Assembly: GCF_032854445.1 (NCBI RefSeq) | Contig: NC_088295.1 | Span: 28,628,498 to 28,692,497, forward strand | Source of the DNA: Liolophura sinensis | Lineage: Eukaryota | DNA: 64,000 nucleotides | Direction: 5' to 3' | Part shown: piece by piece, positions 42,001 to 56,248 of the stretch | Numbering within the stretch: position 1 is the stretch's first letter | How the letters are laid out: each line of letters begins with the position of its first letter | Program-made: the position numbers and the translations under genes | The notes under the pieces: model-generated | What the model saw: the letters and a program-made list of their open reading frames with translations, nothing else | Told to the model about the DNA's origin: nothing | Database searches by the model: none

Positions 42001-43168
42001 AAGACCATTGTTCAAGCCTGTGGGAAAGTCAGACATTAAGAGAAACTCTCGGAATTAGTGAGATTTGAACGAGAACAGCGGGTACGGTCAAACCACCGCT
42101 CCAGCATAATAACTTCTCAGTCACAATTAGTGTAACAACTTTGTGAGGCGTTCAGCAAGTTTATTCGGGTGTCATGGGGCATGGATAGCGTCCCTAGATA
42201 CAGTGTCTTGTGTGCAGAGAGATATTCCCTAATCATTAGGCCGAGGCCCGGATTCGCACGACCGGACAACACGGAGAAGTTTACTGTATAATCGGAGATT
42301 TACACCCATTGCCTAGTCAAAGGATATTGAAAGACTGTCACATCACGACCCGTAATTGTACAGATCGCTCCTTCAATACAGACTGTTCACAACTTCTATT
42401 GATGGCACTTCAACAAGTGTCGCTCACATGCGGACTTGCCCACACTACCATATTTGGAAGACCCTAGAAGTGATCCATCAGTCCCCCATTAAATAACTGG
42501 CTTGCGAGGGCTTAATATCAGGAAGTGTTAAGTTGGAATTCAAGTTAGGTTTTTCGTCACCGCCTCTCTCGCAAAGCAGACCTGCCACCATCCGCCAGAA
42601 ATGTTCATTTCCTTCGCTTATTATTAATTCACAAGTCTTTGGAGAATCGTTCACCCACGATGCCACAGGCCTTTCTTATATAAAAAAAAAATCCCCAAAA
42701 GAAGACAACGGTGTCTCTAGCGAGTTTGAAGTCGATGTTCATGGACTAACGGTTCCTAGCGGGACATAAGCGTGATACTTCAGCTAGGAACAATGGGCGC
42801 CATTGGTCCATCGGATTACGTCAGTCAGTGAAAACCCCCTCGTGTTGGCCTCTTGGATTTGGACAGCCGCCCGTGACAATAGAGCTAAGGAACAGCAGAG
42901 GTCAGCCTTTGTCCAGGAGCCCTCTATAATTACTACTGTTGCGTAATTTTGGTCAAATAAGCCGCATAGATCGGCTGGCAGTGTTTTGTCCCAAGAAGGA
43001 TTTCCAGCGGTTTTAGGTCTTTAACAAACAGCTAACACAACTGGGTCCAGGAGTCATTTACTGCTTGTGGTCACTTTATCTAGTGTCATTTTGATCATTA
43101 GGACTTGACCACAAGCTGGCGAAGGACTTTCTCACCTATTTTATGACCTCTTAACTCGTCTCTTCAGC

Positions 43169-43184
43169 ATGGACTATAAGAAAA
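43169..43184 (+). CDS. NR2E1: NR2E1 (tailless/TLX nuclear receptor) coding exon 1: ATG GAC TAT AAG AAA A | gtaagt (MDYKK + first base of Ser)
   Basis: A true ATG followed by a consensus GTAAGT donor. Splicing to exon 2 gives [17 protein letters not shown], parallel to human TLX MSKPAGSTS-RILDIPCKVC. Start codon choice is the least certain part. Confidence 0.6.
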
Positions 43185-44004
43185 GTAAGTGGATATTGAC
43201 AGCTCAGTGTCAATTAGCCATTTCAGTATTTCTGTTCGACCATAATTACCAGCGTGCCTCGTCTTGTGTAGGAAGAGTCAAGTGCAGAGTCGGTTGTATA
43301 CCAATTCCACAGATGTTTTATCATTCCCCACGATTAACATGCGGAGTGCTTTGCATAACTTCACAGCATGTATCAGATGCTTGGACTGACTTGTTCTTGT
43401 AATTTTTTTTTTTGGACAGGACCTTATATTTTATTGAAAAATGGTACAGGCTAATTTTCTGTTTTAACCCTCCAAACTAAGTGTACCTCGGGTAAGATGA
43501 TAGTAGCTTAGGGTGAAAATCCTATGCTCATATATGCATGCTCACTTGTACTTTTCGATTTATAATCGTGTTATAGGTAATTTAGGATTTATATTATCTC
43601 TCAATTGCCTGCATACTGTTATCACAAATACCTATTAGTTAGTATACACTTCCGTTATATTTAGATGCGTTACTGAATTTGGACGAGAACTGTGTGTTAA
43701 TTATTCGAAATCGTTTTAGATGTAAACTTTTTTTCATGATGTATTCTTCCTGTTTTTGTTATGAAGAAAATCTTACTTGAGCGAAATTTGGCAAGGCCTA
43801 AGAGCTCATGTTATACACTTAACCATTACATATAATTAATTTGATGTGTGTTACGTACCATGTTTGGAGTTCAGAACCTTCGTGAGTCCAGTTTATTTAC
43901 TTTTTCCCTCTTTACTGGATGCACCCCGCTATTCACAGTAAGTGACACAGGCCCACAAAGATGTAAAATTTGGATTTACATCATTTTATTTCCTTTCTTC
44001 ATAG

Positions 44005-44086
44005 GTCGAATACTCGTTGACGTCCCGTGTAAGGTGTGCCAAGACCATTCATCAGGGAAACATTACGGGATTTATGCATGTGATGG
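44005..44086 (+). CDS. NR2E1: NR2E1 coding exon 2 ([27 protein letters not shown]; first half of zinc finger I)
   Basis: Acceptor tttcttcatag|GT and donor GG|gtaagt. The nuclear-receptor C4 zinc-finger signature CxxC...GxHYGxxxCxGC is present. Confidence 0.85.
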
Positions 44087-45243
44087 GTAAGTTATCCATT
44101 TTTTCGTTAATTTTATTATTTATTTATTTACGTGTGTGATAATGCTACAGCAGTAAAAGTTAAACAGAAGATGAAAATAGTGATGCGTCAGTGAGTAAGC
44201 CAGTGAAACAAAGTTCATTACAATAAAATCATTATTTAATCTTGTCTGATATCAACCGTGTGGGAATGCTTTGGAATATGCCTGAATACTTCAAGCATAT
44301 AAAGCTTGGTATTTAGGTTTTAGTAAAAGCATTTGAAAAATGTATGATTTCCACGAAATATGATAGACAGGTACATGCAATTTCACGCCATCAGATGTTT
44401 TATTTAACGACAAGAATTCCAAACAACCCGATGATTTTAAGGCTGGTTGTTTGTGATGACTATATTTTGGCTTTTGACTTTTGGGATCTGAGGTTTTTGT
44501 TAATGCCAGAGTTTTCAATTAAATTAATTAAATTAAGTTATTAATTAGCCATTATGAACTATCTTGGTATCAAGTTTCGTTGCCCTGGCGACAGTATAAA
44601 CTTCTGGTAATTCATTAGTGGACACACGACGTGTCTGGTTTCTGACAGTTGGCGCTTGGTTAAATATTTTATCTAAAACTTAACAGTAACTTTTCGCTTT
44701 ACTTTGGAATGGGAAAAGGAGGAGCAATGGTTAAAAAATAACACGAGTCAGCCGTGAAATTCCTGACGTTAAAGCTTGGTTTCAGTGCAATGCAATGTGG
44801 AGCATAATATAGAGATGAAACTTTAGACGGGTGATTTTGTCCGTTGTGTAGATATGTTTGGGATGGTGATGCTAGGCTCTATTGTGCTGGCACGCAGGGT
44901 GCGGGCTTCCCGCTATCCTAGGGCCATCTACGGCAACCCGACACTCGTTCAGCCGGCCTATGTATACATACGTCTGTACCTGTATCTACTCGTAACTTTG
45001 TTGATACTTCGGAAATATTTACACATAGTTACAAAAGGTGCTGAGAAGCCTACTGACATGAATTTAGGCCTATAGGTCCAAATCTGTGCCACGAAAGTCC
45101 CTTTTACTTTCCTCCCAATCCGTTTCCATTAGGTTTTCTCCCTAAAAGTGTCTCTGATCTTTCACCATCTGGCTAGGGTGGACCAATGTTGTCTTGCAAA
45201 TCCACAAAAGTTCATGCCGTTTTTTCTCTTTCTTAACTTGCAG

Positions 45244-45262
45244 GTGCGCTGGATTCTTCAAG
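45244..45262 (+). CDS. NR2E1: NR2E1 coding micro-exon 3 (19 bp: G TGC GCT GGA TTC TTC AAG = (G)CAGFFK, P-box)
   Basis: Acceptor cttgcag|G and donor AAG|gtgagt. It completes Gly from exon 2 (GG+G) and restores frame into exon 4 (RSIRRNR). Without it the DBD would lack the CxGFFKR P-box. Confidence 0.8.
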
Positions 45263-48200
45263 GTGAGTACATGATTTAATTTTAACCTATCTGACTTTCT
45301 TATAGACTGGGTCTTGAGCAAACAGCACCTGTACTTCTCACGACACCAGGCATCTCATTAAGCCCCTCCACTAGGAGCTGCCGTTGACTTCTGTTTACTT
45401 TCTCACTTACATACTTACTTACTTACTCTCTTGGTTTACATTCTAGTCTAACTCTCAAAGCTCTCCGCAAACTATGTTAAGAGTGACGTCTCAGCCAGTT
45501 GATTTATCACCCAAAGTCACCCTTCCATGGCCGTAATTGGCCAGTAGATGTTTGTTCCAAATTTCCTTTTCTGCACTTAAAAAAACATTTCTTTTGTTTT
45601 ATTTGTCACAACAGAATATAACACAATTGTTCTTATTATTTATGGTTGCATGCATATTTCTACTGAGATCCGTAAAGCACCCTCTCTCATCTGCATGAGC
45701 ATCTGACTATTGAAAATAGTTATTGAAAGATGATTGCGTAGTGGGATAAAAAAAGAAGTTATCAAAGCCTACAGAAACAAATAGAATGTCACAAACTGAT
45801 TCAAAATCCTCTTCAGTTTCTGATGGCTTGTTGTTTAGTGGAGTGGTATACAGTTTTATTTTTGTTTTAGTTTTATAAAACGGGGTTAATATATATAGCT
45901 GATGGTGGATTATTTGGTGTATGTATTAATTTATTTAGAGTGTTAGGATATAAATAGTCTGGGTTTTCTAATTTCCAGATATGCACAGCATTTTAACTCT
46001 ATATACTATAGATAGCAAATTTTCATGTAGGCTTTTTTTTCAGGAAACAAAAACCGAAATTCACACATGTTATTTTAGGTAGCCAATTCATCATTCAGGG
46101 ATTTACATGTTATAAAGTTTATTTCATCAATATATTATCTGGTAAAAAAGACAAAATGTATAAACAAGGTTTAGGAATGTACCAGAATAAGCAAGGCTGT
46201 ATTCTTCTGAACAGCAGCTTTTCAAACATTAGCCATACCAGGCCACATTCAATATTCGAAATTGTAGTTTGCTTGCAGTAAGTATAGGTAAAATTTGGGG
46301 AAATATAGGCCTATATTTGTCATCAAAACATAATTAATAAAGAATGGTGATAAACAGTGTGTTTTGTACAACTGATAGATTAACGGTATTACCGTATTAA
46401 CATGAACAGCTTTGACAGGGCATTTGGGTGGTATGGGAATCCGGCTTCCTGGAGAGCATGTAGCTCACTGCGAGGAGAGAAGTGGCTTTGTAATTGTCTG
46501 TAATTGATTCATTACAGCCTATGGATAAAATTGCCTTCACGTGTTTTTAGAGGCACGCAATTACTGTGTTTTGGACTTGTGTAGTAGTTTAGTCCTAACT
46601 TTTCCGAGGTTATCGTGTGTGAAGTTGACGTATAATCATGCCTAGTTTGCACGGCGGTCAGCCATGTTGCATTGTGAGTCAGATTGTCGGTAATTTTTGA
46701 CATTTCCCAAAGCCTGTTGCTCGTCCCACGATTCGTGCTGTCAGAGTGCCACTGACACGGAAATTGTCTCTGCACTTACTCATTTTACACATGATGGTTC
46801 AATTTCTGTGTGTGTATACGACTATTTATTTATCAGAGACATTTCACGTCATTTTATTAGGCGTTGGCAGAGTTTACTATATATCACAGGCTAATCTGAT
46901 GTAGTCAGCATCATTACCCGTGTATTTGTTAAACAGCATCGCTGTTGTTACAGGCCCTTCAGGAGAAGTGCTAAACAAGTCAGGTCTTTTGCTGACATCT
47001 AATTTTGCTCGAACGACCAGCGCTTTTACTCCAGCTAATATATTCATCCAATAATAACTCAATCAAGCTAAATATCACCATTCGTCTATATATTTTAATT
47101 GAACACTTATTATTTAGTTTGCGCAATAATTTATTACAAGTTATCCATAATCAAGATGACCTGAGAAGTTATCATATTCCTTAGTCGCCCCAATTTGCGA
47201 TGCCCTGGGTGTAAAATCGGCAGAATTGTTCCTAGTTTTAATTCCTACATTTTCTTTTCTGAGCTGGGAAAGATTTTGGTTATCTGTTTTAGTTACTCGC
47301 GGTGTCATTGGTGTCCATTTGTGGCTCACATTGACCTTTACAAGAGGTTAGCATCGCATTCAGTTTATTCTTAGAAGGATAGTAAATGTTGAACACCATG
47401 ACTGGGCAAACTCTCTCTTCAACAGCCTGCTCAATTGAACTGCAACTTTGATTCATCGAAGTTTAATTAGCGCGAATTGGAGGAGGATGGACAGGAGACC
47501 GGACGTGACTTAGAAATCCTGACCTTTGTCACCGGAAACAAATGAATGATCTTGTTAAAACACGCGAACACGATCAACTGAAGAGTCGGCACGGAGCGAG
47601 GTGCCTCTGTGAATTCCCCCCACCAGCTCGCCGTGTCGGGGTAAACCTCGAAATACGGGAAAGGAGATTTGCCTTTCTACGTAACCCGGGGGAGAAATTC
47701 GAGGGCTACTGTTGACTTGAGGATGAATTTTGTGTAAACGCATGTTTGTAGAAACAATAGCTTCTTAGCTGCGCAACTCGAGACTTAGTCGGTTACCTGG
47801 TCTGCACATCACACCTGAGGCGTGTAAGATCAAAGCGAACGATGCCGCCATATCGTGTTCAGGTGAGAGGTGATACCCTCCCACTGTGTTAGAGCCAGGA
47901 GAAAGCACTGTTAACGGGGGCATCTTACCCTCACAAGATCGCTCCGGTCTGACAGAACATAAGCCAAGCTAAGGTCGGAGTTAAAACTTTACACAAACTT
48001 TAGTGAGTTCCTCAAAACGTCCATGTAAATCTGGGCCTCTTGGGTGTGTAAATACCAAAGCGACTCGATTGTACACCTGGGCACGTCCTCGCTTTCTCTA
48101 GCCACCATCCGCATACAAATTATAGATTTTCAATATTTTTCCTCGATTAGATTGGCAAAGTCAGTTTTATAGGACACATAAAACTGATCCCTAAAACGTG

Positions 48201-49566
48201 TCTCCGTGAGAGATTGTCTCATTAACTTTAACACCAAAAGTCAAGAGATCCGGATTCTTTAAACTCCCGAACGAGGAAATTTTAGTAGAGAGGTGTAGTC
48301 AAACCTGTTGTCACGCTACAAAAGGCGGATCTCACTGACCATCTCAGCTCCCGTATGCAGGGACGCTTTCTTTTTATTTGTTTTATTTGTTTTTTATTTC
48401 GTGGCATCGATGTACAGTTCATGTTCAGCAAGTGCAAGTTATCATTCACACAAATTTATTCATACAGAAAGATGCATAATGACATCATCGCGATAACTCT
48501 CTGTGTTAATAAAAATCATGGTGAGAGTTCAATTCAGGAACATGTCATGTTTTTTTTTCGTCATATGAAAACAGTTATGTTGCCTGAAGAGTTCTCCACG
48601 GCTATATGCACGACAAAGCCTTGGTTGTCTTTTGTTAGTTTATAAACTACATGGGACAGCACTGAGGGTAAATTATTCGGTCGATGTGAATTATTTTGTG
48701 ACTATGACTTTTGTGAGAATAACAATAGGTTTACCGAGTCAATAATTTAGGCCATATATTAAGATGCTCGATCGTCTGGATAAATAAGAATTAGTGCCAC
48801 GTCGACAATGTTTCTGCCATATTTTTGGCAACATAACCTATAGCCCTTTGAGTAATTTCCATACACACTTTCGCTGAGGAATTCTGAATTGTGTAAGTCA
48901 GAGTAGGCCTGTACAGTAATAAAAACAGTCGTCAATGGCTGAAATTGCCATTCACTTCGAAATCAAATCATCTGCTTGCTCTGTCTTAATAATAATAGGT
49001 CTCGTTAAATAAAGCATGGCATAAACCCTTGGCTCGGATGATGTCCAAAGCACTTGATATTTTTGGTACGAATAATTTGTAGAAATCAAGATATTATTAA
49101 ATCCAAAGTTCACCTCAACAGATGATTTGTTTTTTCACCCGAAGAAAAAAGAACTGGGCAGTTAAATCACCAAATTTTTGTGGACGGCGCAGTTTTATAG
49201 CAAGTTCTAATCTGTTTAAAACTCTTAAAATTTTTGCCTTTACACACTGTACGCGACGAACACTTATTCACGTGACCGCATGAATTTTCTAGAGATAAAA
49301 ACCTTAGCCTTTGTAGACCTTGTTTTCCAAATATACCTCATGTGGTGAAACTCCAGCAGACTGAACAAATGAGCAAGTTGATAAAGTCTTCCGGGGGCTG
49401 TTTGTCTTTAATTATTTGTGTTTATTTATTGTCAGATCTATCCCCCTTTTTTCAACATTTCAGAGTCAAAAGGCATTAATTGTTTTCTTAATATTCAAGA
49501 GAAGCGGTTGAAAAACACGACATATGGACAATTTTTAGCAGCTGCCTGTTGGTGTTATCTTTGCAG

Positions 49567-49702
49567 AGATCTATCAGGAGAAACCGACAATACATATGTA
49601 AGGCCCGTGGTCAAGGGGCGTGTCCTGTTGACAAGACGCACCGGAACCAGTGCCGGGCATGTCGGCTGACCAAATGTCTGGAGGCGGGAATGAACAAAGA
49701 CG
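49567..49702 (+). CDS. NR2E1: NR2E1 coding exon 4 ([45 protein letters not shown]; zinc finger II with the 7-residue D-box typical of tailless/TLX)
   Basis: Acceptor ctttgcag|AGA and donor GAC G|gtaggt. Near-identical to tll/[15 protein letters not shown](K)KC(L/F)E(V)GMNKD. Confidence 0.92.
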
Positions 49703-52700
49703 GTAGGTTTTTTTTATCTCAGTTTGTTGAACAATCCCCATGGGCCAGATTTCGATGAAAGCTGTTTCACCAGTCACCTTTGGGCTCGAGAGCCATGGTT
49801 CCGTCACAAAATAACTATGAAATGTCCCAGCTTTACTGATTGGAGATGCGCCATGGGCTGGTTCCTTGGCTTGAACCTACACTGGTCACAAGTCACTGAT
49901 CAAATCTCCGCTCGCCTTTTTACCTTTTTGGCTTTACGTTGATGCCTATCGCGACCATTGTCTGCCGTCTCGCCTGATGCAGTCTTCTCCTCGCTGACTA
50001 GTGTCATGTTCAGTTTTCCGCCTATATTTTGATGGAAGTTGGTGTTCATTGATGCAAACGTGTGATTTTGTGGCGTCCTGACAAGTTTGTCTTTACTATA
50101 TGTGATATCAAATTTCTGGGAGCAAAATTTGTACAATCAAAGTTGAATTTGCTACTTATCTCATATATCAAAACTTTTAATAATATGTCGGTAAAATCAT
50201 ATTTTGTGGAGAAAAAGCTGTAATTTTATAGCGTTATTTACGTTTGTTTGAGTTTGAAATATAAAATATATGCGTTCGTATATAAGAAGTGATGTTAAAA
50301 TAATGCAATGCCTAATAAACGTTGTATATTAATTATACCCCATGATACCACGTTCTAAACAATGACTGTTTTGATTTAAGCTATACGTAGTAATTCACGA
50401 ATGATTTGATTCAAGCCTCATTTAGCCATTCGCCAATGTTCACCAAGTTCTGAAAACAATTATGTGGGCATAAGATCAAGGAAAAATTGTTTATTTATCC
50501 CCACAATATGTTGTTAACATTTATGTGAAGCGATTGGATTTCGTAATGACGGGTTGGCTTTCACACTAAAGCGCCGCCGTGAAAGACACGAAATTTCTTG
50601 AGCCGATTGGAAAATTAGTATAATTCAGCTTAATTGTCACTAATGTTATCAGCTGGTCTGGCCACACGCTATTGTGTTTGACTTTGGCGACCTTGGCAGT
50701 GTTAGCGTTGCTGAAGCGGACACAAATCGTCGGCTCAACAAGAAGCCACTCAAGGGAACAAAGTGTTATGATGAGCCAGAAAAAACAAGCAACAAACACT
50801 GAATATGAATATTACATCAATTTGCGGTATCCCGTGGATCGATAGGGCCCTTTGTGGCTAGAATTAGTGTAATATCCCCACCCGTTAACGGATTGCCACG
50901 GCGAAGTCGTGGCGGGAGCAGTCGGGGTTAGGTTTAGACAATTGTGTTCCTTAGCAGGTTCTTCTCCTTTTCTGTGTTGTTTGTTCCCGATCGTCGGTGT
51001 TCCAGGATACGAAGAGAAGCTATCAGTTACAGACATTACCTCGAAGAAAAGCCCTGGCTCAACGGAAATATCACTGGCATTAGATTCGCTTTGAATAGGA
51101 AAATCATGTTAGATTCCAGCCCTTTTCATCAAGTTAATGAAGGTGTTGATTGCGGTTTTCCGTCATTGATCGCTCCGTTTCTCAACCGCTTCTGTGCTTG
51201 CTAAAGTCCCCAGATTGCTCATCTTGTCTCCTTCAATGAAGTGTCATGGTGCAGATAGCATTTAAAACCCAACTAGGAAATAAACGCACGTGCCAGCTGC
51301 ACGAGACCAAAGTAAGGGCCATTGAATGACGATCGATTTTTTCTCCTCTCGTTGGCCGGTCTTTTGGTCAGAGGAAATACGAAACGTGTCTGGGCGGATT
51401 TTTTGGCAGGGGAAGGGCGCCAAGCCTGAATGGCTACAAGAGTTTTCCCAGTATCGCGCTGCGATTTGCCGAGTGCCAAGCCAGATCAACCATTGATACT
51501 TTTACTAACCCGTTTATTATTGCGTCTGTATCAAATGTTCATCTTAATTTTCGATTTTGTTTACCGCGATGAACGACCGCTGTTGAGAAGTCTGTCGAGG
51601 CAGCGTTCGGAGACTTAGGGTGCTGAGCGAAGTCCCTCGGCCGAGTACTCTTACTGACAACTGTTTAATTTGAATATCTCTCTCAATCAAATCTCATTTA
51701 TTTGGCGTACAAATCTCACTAAGTAAAATATCTTTTTTTAACCTAAGAGGGCAGTCAATAAAGTTTCTTTACGTCGGCGCTTGTTGGCTTTGTGTTGTCC
51801 ATAGACAAGATTGGCTTGCTACACGTGCAGTCTCAAGACCGCCTTTACGCAGCTTTCATCAAGTGCTGGGAATGTCACGACTGAAGAAAAAAAACCGTCA
51901 GCTTTTTGACTGGCAAATCCTTCTTAAAAGGAACTTGCACGTAGATAAGTGTGTGATATACATAGCCAATTGAGCACCTGGAGACGTTAGTGCAATTATC
52001 TCACCGCACGGTTTTAATCTATGTCTTATCCGAAACACACCGGCTCTTTTAGACACATTTATTCTACTGTGTGAACTTTCTTATTGCTGTTTGTTACATC
52101 TTTTCTGCGCGGCCCATCTTCAAGGAGCTGCATGGGAGATTTTCTGTACTCTCCATAACTTGGTTGTGCGAGTTTATCTTCAGTAAGATCCTTAAGCAAA
52201 TAAGCGAAATCCCCGGTAAAGAAGTTTAGACACTGAGAAAACTTCGCATGGCATGTGAATTGAGGCCTTGGCAAACAGCACAGTGTGATCAGCGCCACCA
52301 CACTCTCGTTAACATTTGTACCTTACGCCACTGGAGAGTTCACACGTTTTAATTCCTCACAAATCTCCCTACACTCTAGTTGATAGAAATCAGTTGCATT
52401 TTTATCGGAGTTTGAATTTCAAAATCGTATCGCATTTCAACCTGCCTCAAAGACAATACTCCTGTCAATATTAGGAATTGCGCGAATGTCTAAAGAAGTG
52501 TGCTTTCGGCTTTAAGACGTATTTCATTTTTTTCTTTTCGACACACAAGTGCCGCATACTCCGGACTGGGGGAGGTAAAAAGTAGTGTCTCTCGGATCTT
52601 CAAAACTTCCTTTCAAGATGCACTCTGAATATCTCCTGTGTCCAAAACAGAGATGAAAAATGACCGATAACAATTTATTCGACGGTGATATCTTTAAAAA

Positions 52701-54870
52701 TGACGAGCGCACTAAATCCCTCTCAACCTAGTTCAGTAGATTTCTGGTAGACGTGGGGAAATTGGTGGAAGAAAAACGTCTTTAATTGGAACGGAAGGCA
52801 AAAGCTAAAGGTGACTCTGTGGAAACATGACATTTTGATTTATCTGAAACTCGACCTGATCGACATGCCTCTAGAAAAGGGTCTACAGCTCAAACCTCTG
52901 GCTACCATTCATAGATTCATGCGCCTTGTTGGCCCACATTTCGTCCGCCATGCTGACTTTGCTCGCTCGGACAACAGCTCGTATGCAAACTTTTGCCTTC
53001 GTTGTTTCGCTTTTCTTTAACTTTCACGGAACGGCACGGGGACTTATAAAGATGTTTCCTTTCGTTGACCTTCCCTGGCCTAGGAGATGGGAGAGTTGTA
53101 AACGGTCGCCCTCTCCCTCTAACTCTTCTTTTGTCTGACCAGGGTGTTTTGGTTAGCTCTCTAGCCTTCTTCCCGTGCCGTAGCACAGCTGCGCAAACAG
53201 GTCGAATAATATACAGAATCTCCTCCTACTTTGCCTATTGTGGTATATACCACACGGGCAGAACGCGCGGCGTGCTAGAGTATTCACTTCTCTAACGTTG
53301 ATATACAAGGCGAGTGTTGAACTCAGTTTTCCTAAAGTTGAGACTTTTGTACCCAAGGCTGTACCAGCGTGAGGTGTTTCAATATAGAACCCTCTCTCAA
53401 TTCTGACTGCTTGCGATTTCTAACCGCGACCTTTATAAAATAAGTAACCACTGTTCACACAGAATTTGTATGCGGAACAATAGGTGATTTTGGGTGACAA
53501 AAAGAATATCCTAAAGTAATCAGGTGGCGGCAGATGGAGTGGTCTTCACAGCAAGATTACATACTCATTCGACAGACAAAAAACTAATGTAAGAAAAACA
53601 ATTCGGATAAGTCTATTATCAAAAATTCTGAACGTTTAAAACGAAAACAAAAGGCAAATGGATTTCTCTGCATCGTGTCTTTTGCAGACCTATATTTTAC
53701 ATACTAAATTTTAGTGCTTCGTTCGAAGATATACTTCTCTCCATTTTTGTGTAATAGCAACACTGGAAATTGTTCATTTGTGGAATGGATTTAGATTGTC
53801 CAGTAGGTTGAGTCACTCACCGGAAGTTCGTGACGGCACGTTCACTCTACATTGCTAAGAATTAATAACCAAACTTTTTTTTATAAGCCAATATTCTCGG
53901 GTTTGACAACGCTTGTCTCGATTTGACGTGTGCTTGGAAGTTAATTGAACTAGACACTGGCTTCACTTATCAATTTATTTTCTTGTTTCGGGTCACATCG
54001 GGTCGTGTGGCATTCAGCAAGGCAGTCTCCTTCAGGTGGGCCTCTTTCCAGTTTTCACTGGCTCCGAGGGCACTCTGATTATCTGTGTCGATTAAGGTGA
54101 CTGCTGTGCCCGTGTAACTAGCCGATCTCTATTTGTTATCCAATGTTGGTAATGTGCAGGTCACTGAACCGACTAAGATCCACTTTATACAAGAGCAATG
54201 GAAGGCGAAGTGCCGGGTTTTCGCTTATTAAATTAAAAATGTGTGTCTGATTTAGCCTCTCGCAAGAGCACACAGCGCCAAATGTTTCCCCGGCGAGCAG
54301 CGTTTAGACTTCCTAATTAAAGAGCGTACGACAGCAGTCAACCCGTGCCTATGGATCAATATCGCTGGGGGATTGGAGTGGCATCTTGGCCGCCGTGGTA
54401 ATGCCATCAGCGTGACAGGCCACCGATGGGGCAGTTTATATTAACCGCTCCTTCCTCATGTCTGTCTTTGATGGAATACACACCCAATTTAGAATCGTTT
54501 ACAACATGTTACGTAATAATTAATATTACCGACATATCATTTTTCATTTTGCATAGATTACTCTGGATAGTCTATGTCTTCTACATGATAAACGTTTACG
54601 CCAGCCTGAAATACCTAAGATGAATTAACAACACATATTTTATGCTAATACTCGAAACCATACATGGCCAAGGCTTATCACTGTGTCTCTATAACTGTAA
54701 ACGATACTTACGAACGTTTGTCAAAGAAGCCACTTGTATAAAAAGCTTATGAGAATAATTTTTAAAAAAGCAATTACAAAAGAGTTATTTTTTGGTGAGT
54801 GATCATGTGAGTCAAATCAAACGACTCAAGATGAGGTTTTAATATTTCTTGATTCTGCATTTCGTTTCAG

Positions 54871-55100
54871 CTGTGCAGCATGAACGTGGTCCGAGGAACT
54901 CCACAATTAGGCGACAAGTGGCCATGTACTTGAAGGAAGCCAGCGAGTTGCCGTCCGTCCTGGCTCACTCCCCATTCAGACCCGCTTTTTTCCCCGGATT
55001 AGTGAGCCTGGATCACGTCACCCCTAATGACGGCATCACTGTCTCCGCTGTGGATCACGGTTCGATCCCTGGATCTGTGCTGTGTCAACCAACACCAAAA
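54871..55100 (+). CDS. NR2E1: NR2E1 coding exon 5 (AVQHERGPRNSTIRRQVAMYLKE...QPTPK; T-box and hinge)
   Basis: Acceptor tcgtttcag|CT completes G+CT = Ala. AVQHERGPR(N/T)ST(I/L)R(R/K)QVA(M/L)Y is diagnostic of tailless/TLX. Donor AAA|gtaagt. Confidence 0.92.
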
Positions 55101-55483
55101 GTAAGTCAGCTGAGGGAATTATTTTTAGTCCCACTGGAATCAATTGAATTTACACTCTAATCGAGGCGAATTTGTGTGTATTCACATTAATGAAACTATC
55201 GCTATCACTATGCCCTTTGAAGACTAGCTCTGTACCATATCTGTATGAGTACGATGTGCGTATTGTGGTTGTCTTGTTTGTTAATTTTAAAAAAAGTGAT
55301 AACGTGTTTTTTCTTGTAAAAATATATGAAGGGTAGTTTGTGCGAACCATAAACTTTTTGATGAAACCAGGAAGGGAAATGAGGATGAAAATGTCCAAAT
55401 GTTGACTTAATACATTCAATCGTCTATTAAGTTAATTTTTCTCCGATTAATGATAATTTGTATCTGTTTTGCTTTACCCCCAG

Positions 55484-55715
55484 TACCCACACGAACTCTC
55501 TCCGACATATTACAACAACCCCGAGGCTATTTGTGAAGCGGCTGCCAGACTTTTGTTCATGAGTGTAAAATGGGCGAAGAATGTTCCCGCGTTTCTCAGC
55601 TTGCCGTTCCGGGATCAGGTCCTACTTTTGGAGGAGGGCTGGCGGGAATTGTTTGTCCTTGGTGCCGCGCAGTTTCAGATGCCTATTGAAGCCGGACCCC
55701 TCCTCTCGGCTGCGG
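55484..55715 (+). CDS. NR2E1: NR2E1 coding exon 6 ([78 protein letters not shown]; start of the LBD)
   Basis: Acceptor ccccag|TAC and donor GCG G|gtgagt. Aligns with [41 protein letters not shown]. Confidence 0.92.
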
Positions 55716-56248
55716 GTGAGTTAGCTGGTCCAATAACTGGATCAGAAAGTTCATTTCATTACCTTCTTAATCATGCATTTTGGTGGTTTTGGGCTGTCTC
55801 ATAATCACCCAGCATAACGAGCGTGAATCCACATAGCTCTATTATATGATCGATTGAGATTTTTCTGGGGGTACTATGATTGACAGGTAAAACTACCGAT
55901 GAAATGGTTTAGTTCTGAGTGAACTGGGTTCATTTTGATAGAATTGCAACAGGCTGGAAAACCTTTGGCTCTGGACAAAGCTCAATTCCGGACGTTACAA
56001 ATATCCAGGCGTGCACGTTTAAGTTCTCAATGCTCACCAAGTGCCAACTCATCCTCTGGATTCGGTAAACAAACAAAAATCTTGGAAAACTTGTGAAGAG
56101 GTTTTGATATCACTGACTTGAATGACCTTTCCCAGACAAATCAGTTAGGGTGAGAATATTGGGAAACGATCCCGTGGCACATAATCAAAACCTAACAAGT
56201 TGTCTGTTGGAGCGGAAATATTAATATATGATCACATTGTGTTGTCAG

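Noticed and set aside
52917-53186. Lys/Arg-rich 89-codon minus-strand ORF inside NR2E1 intron 4
   Set aside because: It overlaps an opposite-strand ORF of similar length and has no known domain. It is treated as a compositional artefact of the GC-rich intronic block rather than a nested gene.
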